From contig CM082577.2 of assembly GCA_040954595.2 (NCBI GenBank), positions 9,511,846 through 9,575,845 on the forward strand: a stretch of 64,000 nt of DNA. Direction: 5' to 3'. Made by a program: the position numbers and the translations under genes. This DNA comes from Balanoglossus misakiensis (lineage: Eukaryota > Animalia > Hemichordata). Each line of letters opens with the position of its first letter. Positions within the stretch are counted from its first letter, which is position 1. Of this stretch, positions 38,323 through 53,024 are shown one piece after another. Under the pieces are notes generated by a model that was not told the origin of the DNA, searched no databases, and saw only the letters and a list, made by a program, of their open reading frames with translations.

Positions 38323-39859
38323 ATGTCGCAGTCGACAACGTGCGCCAGTCAGGTTCTACTGAAAGCCGTGTCGGCCGGCCGGCCGCGACAGGTGCGGCTG
38401 CTTCTGGAATCGGGCGTCTGCACCGAAGTTGCGGACGAGTGCGGACAGACGGCGCTGATACGCGCCTGCTTCATCGAGAACGTGAAGAACCAGTACAACA
38501 TCACGAAGATGCTGCTGAAGGCCGGGGCGATCGTCAGCAAGAGCGACATAGTCGGTCGGAACGCCCTGCACTGGGCATGCCTCTACGGCCGCCAGAGGGT
38601 GGTCCAGCAGCTTCTGGAGTACAGCGACCTGGAACTGGACTTGAATAAAAGTGACATGAACGGTTGCACTGCCCTGTTCAACGCCGCGTCGTCTGGAAGC
38701 GCGGCCACGGTGAAGATGATGGTGGATTGCCTGGTAAGGTATTCCCTCAGCGTGGACGTTCCCAACTTCGACGGACTGACGCCCCTCATGCAAGCTCTGA
38801 GACTCGGCCACGACGTCTGTGCCAGCATCCTATTGCATCAGGGGAAAGCGTCGACGACGAGGCGCGACAAAGACTTTCTGAGCGCTCGGGACTGGGCGCA
38901 GAAAACGAACAACTCGGGGAGGAAGAAGAACGCGAACGCGGACGGGGAACGACCCAAGCCCACTTTCCCGCCAATCATGTCCCAGACGGTGGCGAATATC
39001 ATCAGGTACCGGGAGAATCGCGCCCGACAGCGGATCAACTCAGACAGCGACGAGGAGCATTCGGACTCCGATAATCCGTTTGGACTGGCCGATGTGTCCG
39101 AGGCGGTCGACAGTCTGAGCAGCGGGGGATTGTCGTCCAGTCTATCAAGAAGTACCCCGGACATCATCAGCAAGACCATCGAATCGGACCTTGACCAGAC
39201 GGTCATATGTGATGACGGCGATGGCATTCTGTGGTCGAGCGATGAAGACGAGCAAACGCAGTCGACCACCGTCAAAGCCAGACCGTGTCACGGTCAGCTG
39301 AGGCGACATCACGATCTTCCCAAAATCTATTCACTGTACGAGGAACAACTGGCGGGGTCGTTTCGACCGGGGTATCTGAAACGACACAGAAAGCGCGACC
39401 ATGACTCGTCGAATTCGCAGCCTTCGCCCGACTGCAAACTGGAGTGCTGCAACGACGTGGTCAGTCCGACAATCTTGGTGTCGGACGAAATGATCCAGAA
39501 AATCGTTACGGCGAACAGAAGAGCGAGGGAAAAGAAAACTGCCGGGGCGCCAAAGAAGGACGACTATGAAAGTAAGTTTGAATCGCAGTAGGTTTTTTGA
39601 TAAATTAGACGTAGGCCAGAGGCTGATATGACACATATGCAGCAGCAGGGAAACCGATAAAGGCGTATGTCATGGTCACGTCCCCGGACTTATCTTCAGT
39701 AAACACCTGACTGTCGTTTGCCAAAACCCTTCCACTTATTTTTCACACGCACTCACACATAAACGCTCTTCCCACTCTCTCTCTCTATCTCTTTGTCTTT
39801 CTCTGTTTCTCTGTCTTTTAATGTGTCACTGTGTGTCTCTCTCCGTGTCACTGTGTCTT

Positions 39860-39930
<71 letters not shown>

Positions 39931-40862
39931 CATTCATTCGTTCGCCCACTCTCGTACTCGAGGAGTAGGTGATTATCATGCGGCTGATTGTAAAACGTTG
40001 ACAGAAAGCGAATCAAAAGAACTCAAATAAGGTTGGGCGTTGTGTACGTGTGGCCTGCACTTGCCATCCCGACTTATACAGTATAACTTGCTGATGTCAA
40101 ATATTTGCAGTACTTCCTTGAGTCGGCACTTTTTCACTTAGCACGTCTCCAGCACAATGGTAATTTCGTTGGCTGTGTGTACATGCTCAATGGGCGTTAA
40201 TGTAAATGTCGTCTTACAATTGATTATCCAGCGGTTGGCTTTGGCTGTGCTTTGGCGCTGTCGGAATGTGGTCGCTCTTGGCTCTTGATAATAGCCACTA
40301 CTAGTGTGTCGGAGACATATTTCTGTTCTGCTGATGCAGAGCAGAGAATATATAAAAAAAAAAACATTTTATCTACACATATAACGCCTTGGCCATCAGG
40401 AAAATTTAATAAACAAAATATTTCTTGTATCGCCATTGCCTCGGATTAAATCGAAATCTTTCATATTTTTTTCGTATTTACTACCCAAACAAATGCGTGT
40501 ATACCTAACCCCCTTCTTCTGTTTGTCTCTATACAGCGGGACTGAGGCGCAGTCGCGAGCAGTGGATTGACCTGCGCAAGAGGATCGCCTTCCGAAACGC
40601 GAACACTCTCACCGCGGCCGGCCTCGGCCAGAAATGGCACTCCGACCCCCAGCTCCCGCAGAAGCCGGGGAGCGTGGTGGCCAACGGCAACGGTATCCAG
40701 GGCAACGACGTGAACGGAAACGCCCAGGAGAAGAACAAGAGAGAGGTCACAAAGAAACCGGCGACCACTCTGCCGTCGCTGGGAGACGGCAAGATCTCTC
40801 TGGTGTCCAGAAACAACGGGGTTACCAACGGCGAAGAGGACAACAAAACGTCTTCTCCCTAA
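38323..40862 (+). CDS. Ankyrin-repeat protein (ANKRD63/ANKRD34-like architecture), about 524 aa, 2 coding exons
   Basis: Exon 38323-39571 has about 5 N-terminal ankyrin repeats (GQTALIRAC, GRNALHWAC, GCTALFNAA, GLTPLMQAL) and then a Ser/Asp-rich tail. Donor GTAAGT at 39572. Acceptor with CTAAC branch and pyrimidine tract at 40536. The in-frame GC-rich exon 40537-40862 ends KTSSP*. Confidence 0.85.
39862..39922. repeat. (CT)n microsatellite
   Basis: Seen directly. Confidence 0.95.
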
Positions 40863-43800
40863 ACACCGCGTAATCTGACTACTTCATCGAGCACTTTCTC
40901 GGTGTCATGGCGTGCATTCCCCTCAAAGGGGTACGCGCTGTGAAAGTTCCCCATGCCGCTGCCTCTTCGATAGACTTAAAACACACCGATCACTTCATTA
41001 ATCTCTTCTGGCGAAAAGTTTGAACTCCGTGTTGTGGACACGCGGCAAATATACTCATCTCGGGTCAACAGGTCATGTAATTGAGGACCAAGGTTTGTCT
41101 GTCAATATAGACTGTTGACCATCAAGTTGTAATCCGCGTGAACTCGGCTTGAGCCTGAACGTTAATTATCGTGGTGCTGCAGAGGTGCCTTACATGGTAT
41201 TGATTCGAATTTCTGGACGCAAAAGTACGATCTCGTCTGTTCAGCCAAAGACCCCGGGATCTATGGTTCAACTTGATAGTGTAGAGTCGGGTTGTTATTT
41301 TACTGAGGTGTGAATTACAAAGAGAGTTTAAAATGGGATCTTTTCTGGACAACGGGGAACCGCCGAGTGGTATATCACACTTTTGCCATGATAACAAGCG
41401 GGTGGATGCCAAATGAGTGAATTGTTACCGCTATAAACATTCGCATCAATCAAATCAAGCGATGACGCGCTGAACTATATACATTGTAATGTCGGATTAG
41501 GTTATTAATAATTTGTTTAAGTTTCGACTTTTGTCTCGAAAGTGTGACTTTCGTTTTAAACTACACACATTCGGCGGGTTCAAAGATTTCCTAAATTCGG
41601 ATTGCGAAATAAAAATGACACTTCTTTCGGACTCGGAGCAGAATGAAGACAGTGGCGGTCCGTCTAATCTTGGGCATGTCCGTTCGGGGTTGCCGGACTC
41701 GATATAGCCCACTCAGTGCCTGGCAAGGTTGGCCTGCCAACCTGATGTAGTTCACAGGAGGGTCGCGCGAGGGTGGATTACCGGGCGGACGTTGCCTGTA
41801 ATACGAGTGGGGTTTATTTAGTGGAAGCGCTGTCGCGAAATGCAGGTGTAAAACATACAGTCGGCAGCATTCGTTATATTTAGCATGACTATGCGTATCG
41901 ACGCTTTTTGTTTGGAACTGAGTACTGAAAAGAAGTGTCGATAACCATTTTTGGTATTTGAGTATAATGATCATTGATCGTTGCAAAATCCAGACGGATG
42001 AGCACAGTGCCGCTGGATATAGTTAGAACAAAGGTGTGACTCTAGCACGTCATCGAAAAAAAGTACATAAAGTTAATTTTAAATCCTCAGTACATTCGCC
42101 TAAGGCTACCCCCCAGTATAGACGCCAAGTATTTATACATTCCTCGTGTAAATATATGTTGGCCGTGTTCGGAAATAGCGACGTTTTTACGACCTATTTG
42201 TATATATTTAAGATAAGTTATACTGTAATATTACATTTTGTAAGTTGAGGAAACAAAGCTATAAAATGACAATTGAATTAATCGTAAAAAGGAGAATGGC
42301 GCTCAGGTATGTATATTGCGTGAGAGCAAATTTTGACAGAAATTTATTTGTTTGATTTGCCGATTGGAATTTTCATATCAGTCGCAGTTGACACTAAACC
42401 GGATGTCGGGTCAAATGTATTTACGTCACACCTCATGTCAAGTCAAGTATAAGGTCACACTGAGCCATCGCAAATTGAATTTTCCATAAAAGATGGCGTC
42501 AATTTCTTTAATTTTAACTTTAACCATTTTATTGTTATTCAAAATTCAGTTTAAATAAAGCAAAATGTCAAGACATTTGTTTCGGTTTTCTTATTTGAAG
42601 TAAAGTTCGCGGAAGGTTGGTCAAGGCAACGTCTGTTGGGAAACTTCGTAGTAATGTCGAATATATAAATATCTAAAAAGGATGATACTGTGGGTTTGTT
42701 TATAATCACCGAATGTCGTACAATAAGAAGTTCATGAGAATTTACATGTGTGAATGTATGTGTTCGACATGGCATATTTTGTCATGAAAACTTCCAAGCC
42801 TCTACCATCCAGTCTTAAAGTTGAAGTTAAATCAAATTAAACGTCGACTGTTTTGTTGTTATTTCTCTCACCTGTCCGACCTGTGAACATAGACCAACAT
42901 GACACAGTAGTGTAAATGGCTTGGAGGTGGAGAGCAAGAAAAACACCTTTCACTTGTGATTGACCTCCGTTTTGTAGTTAACTTTCAAAATATTATTTTA
43001 CAATACATTCTCGACAACAGAGCGATTATTTATGACTCGTTCTGTTCTCCCACTTTGTGACCCCTGACCTCCGGGCCTGCCATGCACCAAAATACTGCCG
43101 TCTCATCCCATTCTTGTCAGTGGTCGACAAACTTATATACAGGGGAACAAAGGGGGAAGTGCAAACACTGGACGTCGGGCAAATTCAAATATTTTATCGG
43201 CGTTGACTGTCTTCCTGTCGAAATGCATTGATCTTAGACCGTAGTGTTCTCCGCACTGTCAAGACCACACATGTCTGATGATTTGAACTGCATATCATCA
43301 CTTTCTGTTTGTCGTCGGCCGTACATGGTTGTTCAGAACGTAAGGGTGCTATACAAGAATCAGTTTGCCCCTGAAGTTCTTTTTGAGCGCACAGTGAAAC
43401 AATTGGCTTCATAACAAGCTGGGTTCAAGAAAAGATGGGTCATGCATAGAGATACTCCTCGACGCACTGAAGGGTTTGACATGCGCAGAGACTTGTCATG
43501 CGCATAGTCCATGGTTACTGGTAACCACCGCGACGGACGTTCCCTGGATACTAATAGCAGTTCAGTAATAGTGCCAACCCGCGAAATACTTTGCGCGCGT
43601 TGTGTAACACACCTCAGCGTTGTTGGTATTGCACCATGTCGAGAAGAATGCCTGTCAATGATATCGGTTTTTATCCCTAACCATAAACAAATGTGTCACT
43701 CTAAACGGCGATTTTGGCCAAATTTCTCTCTTCTTCAGACATTTTCGTTCTCATCTCATACTTTTATTCTTGGTGAAAAAAACGTGACAGACCATGCAAC

Positions 43801-45384
43801 TTTTTTGCAAAATACATATCCCCGTGATACTGTTGTTGTTTTTATACTACTTCTTGATCTGTATAATTTTTTTGTCAAATTTAGGCCTCAGCTAGCGCTT
43901 GAAAGGGATGAAGGAGCACATTTCACACGCGATTCGAAGCTTATACAAATTCGTTGGTCGATAAAGTACTTGCAGCGGTAATAAATGTTAATTGAATTCT
44001 GATTTCTTAATATTTTAAAAACATCGGGTTTTCAAGCACTGCAGATGGCGGTAGATGGGATTAGTCAGGCTAATCACTTCCCACGGAAACTCCTGTTTTG
44101 AATGAGATATTGAGAATGCGACAGAATCCCTTTCAATGACTGCCAAATATGGCTGGAGATATTATTTTTTTCGCAAGTTATTGTAGTTCTGGTGATAGAT
44201 TTGGTGAAACTAATGATTTCAATCGACTTTCCCATTCAGTTCGTTTCAAAAGCTAATCGATCAATCTCACGAATGAGACCATGAACATGATTGTTTCAGG
44301 GTCTAGGGTTTGGCAATTTTGACTGAAATCGGGCGATTAAAGGTCGGGCAAGTCGCCTTCAAGTTGCAGCGATATTTACAGACCTCTTAACAGGTCACTG
44401 CTAGTGAAACGTCAAAGGTGAAATATTTGTCCCAAACATACTAGATGATTTCAAAGATTAACGAATGCGGGGGTGGACGGCGAGTGACAGACTCATAAAA
44501 AACATTTCACGGCGTCACATACAGAACAACGATGTAGATATGATAATTCTCAAGTCTTGTTCGGAAGTTTTCGTTTATCGATCCTATATTTTAACCATGT
44601 CCAGGGTATATTCTATTTGTTCTTACATACAGTTTTAAACTTGGTCAGATCATGTCGAAACCATCCGATGTAAAATGCCATCAATCTGATCGAGAAAATC
44701 TGATACAAATATCTTCATGAGTGAATCCTTTAACGTGTTTCGCGTGTGTTCTTTTTTGTCTTCTTCATTATATTTCTCGACATTACAGTCACGTAGCTCC
44801 AAGGGGACATGTAACCAGCCTGTCAAGTTCCTTTACGGTGCTGATAGACGTCGGTTAAATGCACGCTGCTTCATGCAATGCGTAATCATACATGTACACT
44901 TTGTACTGCCCCTTTTTATTTGCCTTTGAAACCGTCACGGTACATACATCACATCCACGGGCGACATTCTAATGACAAATTTATTGAAATGTCGCGATCT
45001 TGGAACATTTTCAATGGGAAAATATAATGCACAATAATATCGGTACGAGCTGTACCTGGTACTGGGTGGAGTCACACTCGAACGTTGTCACTCTGGGGAA
45101 ACTGTCAGGGCATGCCTTCTTTACAATTGGTCTGAACAAGCGTATGCTTTCGTGGTCAATTTTCTCAACGTGCCTGGAATCGTATGTTGTCACTCGGACT
45201 ACAGAAACCGCACCATTAGTTGTGAGCTTATTTTCCTAAAACGTTACATTTCGTTGCATCCTATGGAAATCCGGTCACGACATGCGACCTGCGAGTTTGT
45301 CCATAGCATCCTGCACCATCGTCGGTTTTCTAGAAAATAACGCCCGCAGTCGATAGTCGAGGAGCTGAGTCACCGATACTGGTC

Positions 45385-45420
45385 GCTGATTGGTCCATTA
45401 GTTTAAAGATGGCGGCGCCC
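45385..45420 (+). promoter_or_regulatory. NPRL3 promoter elements: reverse CCAAT box and YY1-type AAGATGGCGGC motif
   Basis: CTGATTGGT at about 45386-45394 and AAGATGGCGGC at 45406-45416, just upstream of the start codon. Confidence 0.5.
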
Positions 45421-45467
45421 ATGAAATTATACATCGCTGGACTCGAACATGTACACCAGTAAAAGCC

Positions 45468-48400
45468 ATGTTTAAATGTAATCCCATAGCGGTTATTCTA
45501 GTGTCATCGGGGTCAAGAGGTGACCGACTACTATTCCGATACCCATATGAGTTCGATGGCAGTAAACAAGTTACCCAACTCGGTAAGTCGCTAGGTGCGA
45601 TCTGGTCTGCGTCCGTAGCCTTGCTCAGTTGCTGCAAACCACTATCACTCGAGGCTTCACCTGGTAATTGGGATGGGGTTGGACGACAAAACCAGTTTTG
45701 CCGTCCAACCTCAAATACCAGGCAAAACCTCGAGCTTCAGCAGTTTTCCATCCAAAGTAGCATCAACAGGGGATAATCCCCTTTGCCAAAAAATGGGGGT
45801 GGGCGTGGTGGTGGTGGGGGGGGGGGGGGGGGGAGAGATGGACATTGAAAAGGTAAACTTTGCAAGTTGTTTTTGTCAGCTATTACCTCTTGTCTACTAC
45901 CCTGGGACACCCAATGTGGCAACAACGAAGTGTGTACCATAAATGTCACTAGTTCAACTAGCTCTTCATACAGGTCTCCGAGGTCTGTGTGTTCCTGGCG
46001 TTACCTGTACACAGGGCTATAATTCACCATAATTTCAATACCCATCACAGTTTCAATTACACCTTTTACTTGCAAATTTCAGATAATTCAATGTCCATTT
46101 TTCCAACTGAAGAACATCATTTATTTAAAATGAAGGAAAAGTGATGTTACACCGAAAGATAAGAATAAAAATTACTGTCCAAATTCTCTCAAGTGTGCTG
46201 AGAAAGTTTCTTGATGTGGAAAATGATGTGATTGGTGTTGTGTTGTTGTAAAAAAGTTGAAAAAATCAAACTCTTGTTTAGAGATCGGATATTGTTATCT
46301 GCAAGTACTGTTTGGGGTTTGGCACTCCACTGTTGCACATTTATCAGCTATCAAGAGGCACAGATTTGTGATCCTGGCAACTTCGCAAACACTTGCATGT
46401 CTGTGTTGTCTGTCTGTAGATGTGCCGCACAATCCATACGCCTTGAGGGAGGACAAGGACGAATGCAACGGCAATGGGCCTGCTGGTGATAGTCTGAGTC
46501 AGCTGGCAGGGTAAGAAATTTTGAGTCACTGTCAGATTCAGTTCTGTTCTGTGCTGTTGGTCTGAGACTGAGGAAATACTTCTGTAGACTGTAGTGTTCT
46601 AGGCTGTGGGATAATGTCACGTGAATAAGATTTTCTCAATACAGTGTCAGTATTCCAGCCATGTATCTGTTACGATACACAAACATGACGTGAAACAGTC
46701 CTTGAAATCAGGCATGTTTTTTATAATTTCGAGGTTCTCTTAAGTCACGGTCGCTGCATAGAATAGTGGCCTTGCTTTTATAGTGAAGTGAGCGGGGAGT
46801 TTATCAGGTCAAAGAGGTGAACTTCAAATGATCATAGACTGGCAAAGGTTATCCCACTCCTGTGAATCACACAGAGCATACATCCCAGAGGCTGTACTAA
46901 CAAATCGCCACTAATGGACAATAGCAGTTTGTTTAAATGAAACAAGTCACAAAGGTGCGCTAGACGTGAACAAGTCCATTAAAATGAGAAGGGTCAGCTG
47001 CCATCAACCGGTGTTTGATCTTTGTCTGGAGTTGTTGCGCATAAAATTAGGGGCTGTCTCCAAAATGGTCTCGTACCAGGATTAGGTGATGTCTCTTCCA
47101 AATTTGATTTAATCAGCTCCCTTTTTTGGAAACCTTTAGTTTGTAAGGAAAACTACTTCATGGGAAGGTCGATAGAAGTGATAGAATTAAAATTCAGGAT
47201 AAATACATTAAATTGGGCATTCTATTTTAAATGGCATGTGAGATTGTAGAATGACAATGGACCCTTGCCTTGCAACTTACTGGGAGAACAGCAAGTATTC
47301 CTTTGTAAACATTTTAACTTTTTTTTTCAACCGACAGATATTCCGATGAGATTCTGACGACAGTGCTGGCCACCAAGAGCGAGCTTTGTGGCCACAAATT
47401 TGAACTGAAAGTGGACAATATCAGGTTTGTCGGCCACCCGACCCTGGTACAAGATGTCAATGCCAAGTTTGTAAGTAGATAACATGCAGAATAGGCCGCT
47501 TTCATGACCACTGTGTGACCCCATTTTGTTGGTCTGAGTATACCATTTTGAATTTACTCTCTGTCTGTTGAAGGAATGGAGGTACCTTTACAGTTTGTGG
47601 TGTTATTTCTCTTTACAGAGTACAAGAGGAAATGAGGCTGCTACGATGATACTGTTCAATGTTGTGTTTGTACTACAGGTAGGACACCATCCATGATAAC
47701 ATAGCGGTAATATCAATAAACTTTTTGAGTGTCAGAATAGTGAACTTAAGATTAACCTTCAGTTATTTGAGTAGATGGTAGCAGAACTTTCAGTAAAAAG
47801 GTACAGTCTTTCGAGGAATCAGCAGTATGTTCCCTAACTAAAACAGCGCCACCAGTGTTCAAATATTGTGATCCGTTTGTTTTGATCGAAACAAAGCTCC
47901 TCTGACATTTGGCAATTACAGCTCACAGTCCTGGTGTTCTGAGAAAACTATCTTTCTGCATCAAAATCCACAGGGCGATGTATTCCCATCGGTGGTCCAC
48001 TGCTACCACGACCTGTCCAAACGTCTGGCCCTGGCTCTGAGGCACGAAGAGAGGCGGTGCTGTTACCTTAGCAACCAGGCCAAAATCATGCTCTCGGTGC
48101 ATGACGAGGCGGCCGCGTTGCCCGAGGACATGGCAGAATCTCCGTACAGGATGATGATGTCGAAGAGCAAACTCTGTCGAGATCTGAAGGACATTTATGA
48201 AAAGTAAGTGGTGTTAAAGGGACAATAACTGCAACTTTCAATATTTACCGTAGTACCGGAATATTACCTGTGCATTAAAGCTCCATTAGCTGTAACTTTT
48301 CGCTTTGTTTTCAGTATTTTTGTTTTTGTGTAACTTCTGCAGTTTCTTGTTTAAATCCCTGATGCACGACGAAATGCCCAGCATTTAGCTTACCAACACA

Positions 48401-51400
48401 GCAGATATGTGTATAGTCAACATTGATTACTATTGTGCAAAATTTGAATTCAAGTCTGGACTAGAATTCATTTGTCAACAATAACATTTGCTGTTACACA
48501 TATAAGTCTATGCTGACATTTGGAGTACTGGGTTTGGAGTGCTGGTTGGAGTAGAACAAGAAATTGCATTTGACACACTGAATAAAAATACTGAAAATAA
48601 GGCCAAAAGTTACAGCTAATGTCCCTTTAACTACAACATTATATTTCAGTTTGTGCAATTCAGGCGTGGTTACTGTGCAGGTCAATAACTGGGTGCAAGT
48701 CAGCTTTTGTCTGCCACATAAAGTACACAACGTGGAAAAGATGCACATACAGGTATGATTTGACATCTTTCTCTGTGTTGCTTTAAACCATGTGACGCAG
48801 GATTATTTCTTCACTTTTGAAGTGCGCCGAGTTTTTGACAGTGCTTGATAATTCTGTGCGAACAAGGAGCTGAATGTCTTAGGAATGAGAAATTTCATTT
48901 GGTCACAACGAAAACCTTTGCAAACTACAGAATCAGTCAGTCACTATAACGATGTGCTTCTGAACAAAAAAGTCGCATGTGCAGTTCAGATGCCCCCCTT
49001 CCCCCCTGGAGTTTTCTCTGATGAGATCAATTTCAGGTCTTATACATCTTGTACTGTACAGTAAAACCTGTTAAATCAGACACCGAAGGGACTGAAGAAA
49101 TTGTTCAGTTTGCAGAGGTGTCTGGTTTATGGAGATGCCTTTAACATGTGGTTCTATGTGAAAGGGACTGGAAAATGTATTTGGTATAGACAAGTCTCCA
49201 GATAAGGCAGGGTTCAATTTAGGTACAGTAAGTACATACAACAGAATGACAAGGAGTCCTGTTTCTCCATCACTGCAGGCCGACGTGATAGAAAAGAGTT
49301 TGAAGGCCATCAGGCCGTATCATGCAGTGTTGCTACTTGAAGAGGAAAATATTTTGGAATCGCTGCCACCGGACTCATCACCGTCGCTCGTCAGAATCAT
49401 CAAGATGACGACACCATTGAAAAGTCTACAGCAGCTATCACAGGACTGTGACCTAGCCCTATCACAGGTAAGCACAGACTATGGTTGCCGCCATCTTGTC
49501 TGTTGTTAGGACAGCACACTGCCTTTTGGTATTGACTGTATGCAGTTTTTGTAACCAGAGTCTCTGAATTGACACATGCGCATAAAACGATCGCCACCCT
49601 TTAATATGTATAGTTAATTATCTTTTGACAGGTACATTTTGACCTATGCTAGGTTTCAGGTCTTTGATTACTTTGCCAACGCTATCAAGGGAGTTGAGAG
49701 GGGGGGTCACAGCTGTCTTTAACTGACAACGGTCAAATCTTTGACGAGTGATGCCAGATTCAGCCAAGGATCCACCTTCAGCATGTACAGTAGGAAGTTG
49801 TTTCGATAGATTTGTTTTAGCGGTTACATCCATGTATGTGTGTTCTCTCGTCAGGTCTTCCAGATAGCGGGTCATCTGGTGTACTGGGGCAAGGCTACCA
49901 TCATCTATCCCCTGTGTGAGACAAACGTCTATGTGCTGTCTCCAAACTGTGACTTGCGATCGTAAGTGGTTTATCCTTCAACTGTGAAATGTGCCTAGTG
50001 CAGCTTTACATTGTATCTTGTTAGGGGAAAATCCTGCAAGCTTGAATATATGACACTTGACTCTCTGATCTCTGATTATCACCACGCAGCACATCCGACT
50101 TGGTGGAGGAATTCACCAGTAAGTTTCCAGGGCAATCCCTCACTGCCGTCCTGTCAGACTTCTCATTACCGTTGCCACTACGAGAGCACCATAACCCCCT
50201 GGGTGGGGAACAACAGGTTAGATTTATGATTTATGTACATACATACATACACACACATGCATATTACATTCATGTACATACAAAACACCTGCCTACGTAC
50301 GTATGTACACAGGTGTTTTGAGTCCCCAATTAGCTATACAGTTAGATTTTACTGTGTACAGACACACCAGCATTGATTTATAGGACTATAGATCTTTCTT
50401 CATACTTTTCAGATGGAACAAGTACATATTGTTGTGTGGTTGCTCCAGAACAGGCTACTTGTACAGGTAAGCAGCAACTGACTCAGACAAGAATAAAGAT
50501 CAGAATGATTCTGTCTTGCTGATACTCCACACTCAAGATATCAACAAAAAAATTTAAAGCCTGCACACATGTACAGAAAACCACAGGTAACATTTGTAGT
50601 TACATGTATGTACATGTTTGTCTATATTACAGTAGCATTTCCCCGTCGCTTACTTTCCATTTCACTCATAACTGTTTTCGCTAATTTTGTTTCTGCAGTT
50701 ACACACCTATGTGTTTCTGATGCCGCTTGAGAAATACGCACAACCAGACGGGGAGCTTCCAGAGGGCGGTGTTTCCAGACAGCGCATGATATCGGAGAGA
50801 AGTACGGGCAGTAGTGGGAGTGGACTCACGGAGCCACCATGTAAGTGTGAGACGGATCTGTACACTGCAATCAGAATGTTTAAAGGGACAAAGTCTCTCT
50901 CTCTCGCTGCCCTTTTTCCATTAATTATGTTTGATACAAGTCACTGCTTATGTTATGCTACATGTGGATATATAGTGAATCAGTGTTCGACCACACACAG
51001 ATTCCATCCCGCTTGTAGATACGCGAGTGAAAAACTCGCCAAAATGAGTAATCGGTCTCTACCATTTATTCATTTTGGGCGAGTGTGGTATGATTGCATC
51101 GGTAATGGTAGGCAAGGGGTTTAAAAGAAGTTTAGAGTTTAATCTCATCACACTTGGCAGAATGTAAAACTCAAGGGTATTTTGAAGTTGGCTGTACAGT
51201 GTATGTATGCAGTAAACACCCTGACCTATCCACGTGTTTGGTTTCAGTTTACACCGATGATCTTGCGGGGAGTCCCGGATTAGACAGCTACTCCGGCAAA
51301 TCCATGGAGCTGGGCAGCGACGGACAGTCGCTGTCCGAGGCCGGCACCCTGAAGCAGCAAATACAAGACACGAGTCTGTTGGCAGATTTGTCTGAAGCCG

Positions 51401-52105
51401 AACGTCTCAGTGTCTTGAGTGTGCCTGCAGCTCGCAACGATGAGGATCTCAGGCTGTTTGAGAGGTCAGTCAGCATTTCTACGATTCTTGATTGTCATAT
51501 TGGTTTTTTATATTAACCCTTTCACCCCCAGTTCCCTCTATATAGAGGTAGAGCCTTACCATAAAAAAACAATGGATTTTGACTGAACCACGATAGTTGT
51601 GTACTCTTGCAATAGGTACGGTAATTGAATTAACAGGTGTGGCACCAGTTTATTCCTTAACTTGTTCATATTTAAATGTACAGTCACAATCAGAGGTGAT
51701 GATGATATGTTTTGTGTAGACCCACCAGTATGGACCATTCTAAGTTTGAAAGTAAAATCACTAAAAAAAATTACAAAAATTGGCAGCTATTAGGGCTTTA
51801 ATGTCTATTGAGAGTGAATATCTGTAGACTAGGGTTTCTGGTGAAGTACGGGTAACCTCATACTTTAAAATCAAGATAGTGCAAGAGTCTTGGTCACACC
51901 CACATTGAATTGATCTGAATGGCATGCTGTCTTTTACCCCAGACTCTGTCCCTACTTCCGCGGGAAACACCACCTGGAAGAGATCATGTACTACGAGAAT
52001 CTGCGGAGATCGGATCTGCTGATGCTTCTGGACAAATTCCGGGATGTCCTCATCACGTGCACCCACCAAGACGCCGCCACCATCACCTACAAGGAGTTTC
52101 TCTGA
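45468..52105 (+). CDS. NPRL3: GATOR1 complex subunit NPRL3, 13 coding exons
   Basis: Exons 45468-45582, 46420-46510, 47338-47470, 47619-47678, 47974-48203, 48650-48752, 49279-49467, 49855-49961, 50090-50216, 50413-50466, 50699-50840, 51248-51464, 51943-52105. Motifs [70 protein letters not shown] and [13 protein letters not shown]. Confidence 0.97.
48279..48626. mobile_element. TTAA-flanked MITE in an NPRL3 intron
   Basis: TTAA-AGCTCCATTAGCTGTAACTTTT ... AAAAGTTACAGCTAATGTCCCT-TTAA imperfect TIRs. A related degenerate element lies at about 58567-58912. Confidence 0.7.
50884..51085. mobile_element. Truncated copy of the AGGGACAAAGTCT-TIR element
   Basis: About 200 nt highly similar to 5205-5405, starting TTAAAGGGACAAAGTCTCTC. 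Confidence 0.75.
51513..51600. mobile_element. Short (~90 bp) TTAACCC-type repeat, piggyBac-like MITE; other copies at about 52205-52296 and 60538-60632
   Basis: Shared core ATGGTTTGG(G)TCCAAATCCATTGTT (here as a degenerate reverse complement) and CCCTTTCAC/GTGAAAGGG-type ends. Confidence 0.5.
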
Positions 52106-53024
52106 TGCTGGTCCAACCCCGTCCCCAACCACAAGATATTTATTATCACATGTACAGTGGGTTTTTCCAACCTTGATTCTGCTTGAAGTTTTTTAACATC
52201 TACACCCTTAATCATCATGCATGGTTTGGGTCCAAATCCATTGTTGTCTATGGAATAGTTGGACCTCTACAGAGGGAAATGGTAGTGAAAGGGTTTTCTA
52301 CTTGCTACGGTGCTTGCCCGTAATCACCCAATCACAGTCGTCGTTACCAAATGCATTCGGCAGTTACACAGAGGGGATGTTTCGTGTGAACAATAGGGCT
52401 CTCTTGCCGGAACATGCAACAACTCTGGTGCTTGACCTCCAACAAAAACAGCAGTTCTTCAAATTACATACAGTATGAAGTGCGACGAATATTGGGAAGA
52501 TGCGTACAACTAGTGTGTTGTGTCATGCACCCTGCGTGACAGTTTTAATCCAAGCTGGCCAACAGGATATGGAACTCAGAATACAAGGATTGTACTCTTC
52601 TAGTAACCGTGCACAGAGTGAAGGAAATAGCCTTTCTGTGATATCAAGAATACATGGAACACTTGCAATAAAAGTGTCTGTGTACAAAATAGTGACGATT
52701 CATGACTTTAAAAAAGTGTCAAAATTTTGTTGAAGTAAATTGTTTTTATTTCAGACAGTACAGGTTAAATATAATTCCATTCAACTACCCGGGGAGCAAA
52801 TTAAAACAGCTCACATGTGCAGCCATAATCAATCAGCCCAGCAGCCACGTTACAATCTCTGTCCTACCAGGTACCCATATACTCCTGCATGGGGAGAAGG
52901 AATGAGGTGGGGGTTTTCTTGATTCAAAAGTTAATCACCAGTATTATACAGTGAATGTAAGTTGAAATGCAACTGTGAGCACACTTAAATCAGCCTCAGA
53001 GTTCGAACAAATTTTTGTTCGGTT

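Noticed and set aside
38340-39636. Overlapping alternative-frame and antisense ORFs
   Set aside because: Shadows of the GC-rich ankyrin exon, with no recognisable motifs.
38323-40862. Ankyrin gene as KANK2, the teleost globin-locus neighbour
   Set aside because: The ankyrin repeats here are N-terminal, with no KN motif or coiled coil; KANK proteins have C-terminal repeats.
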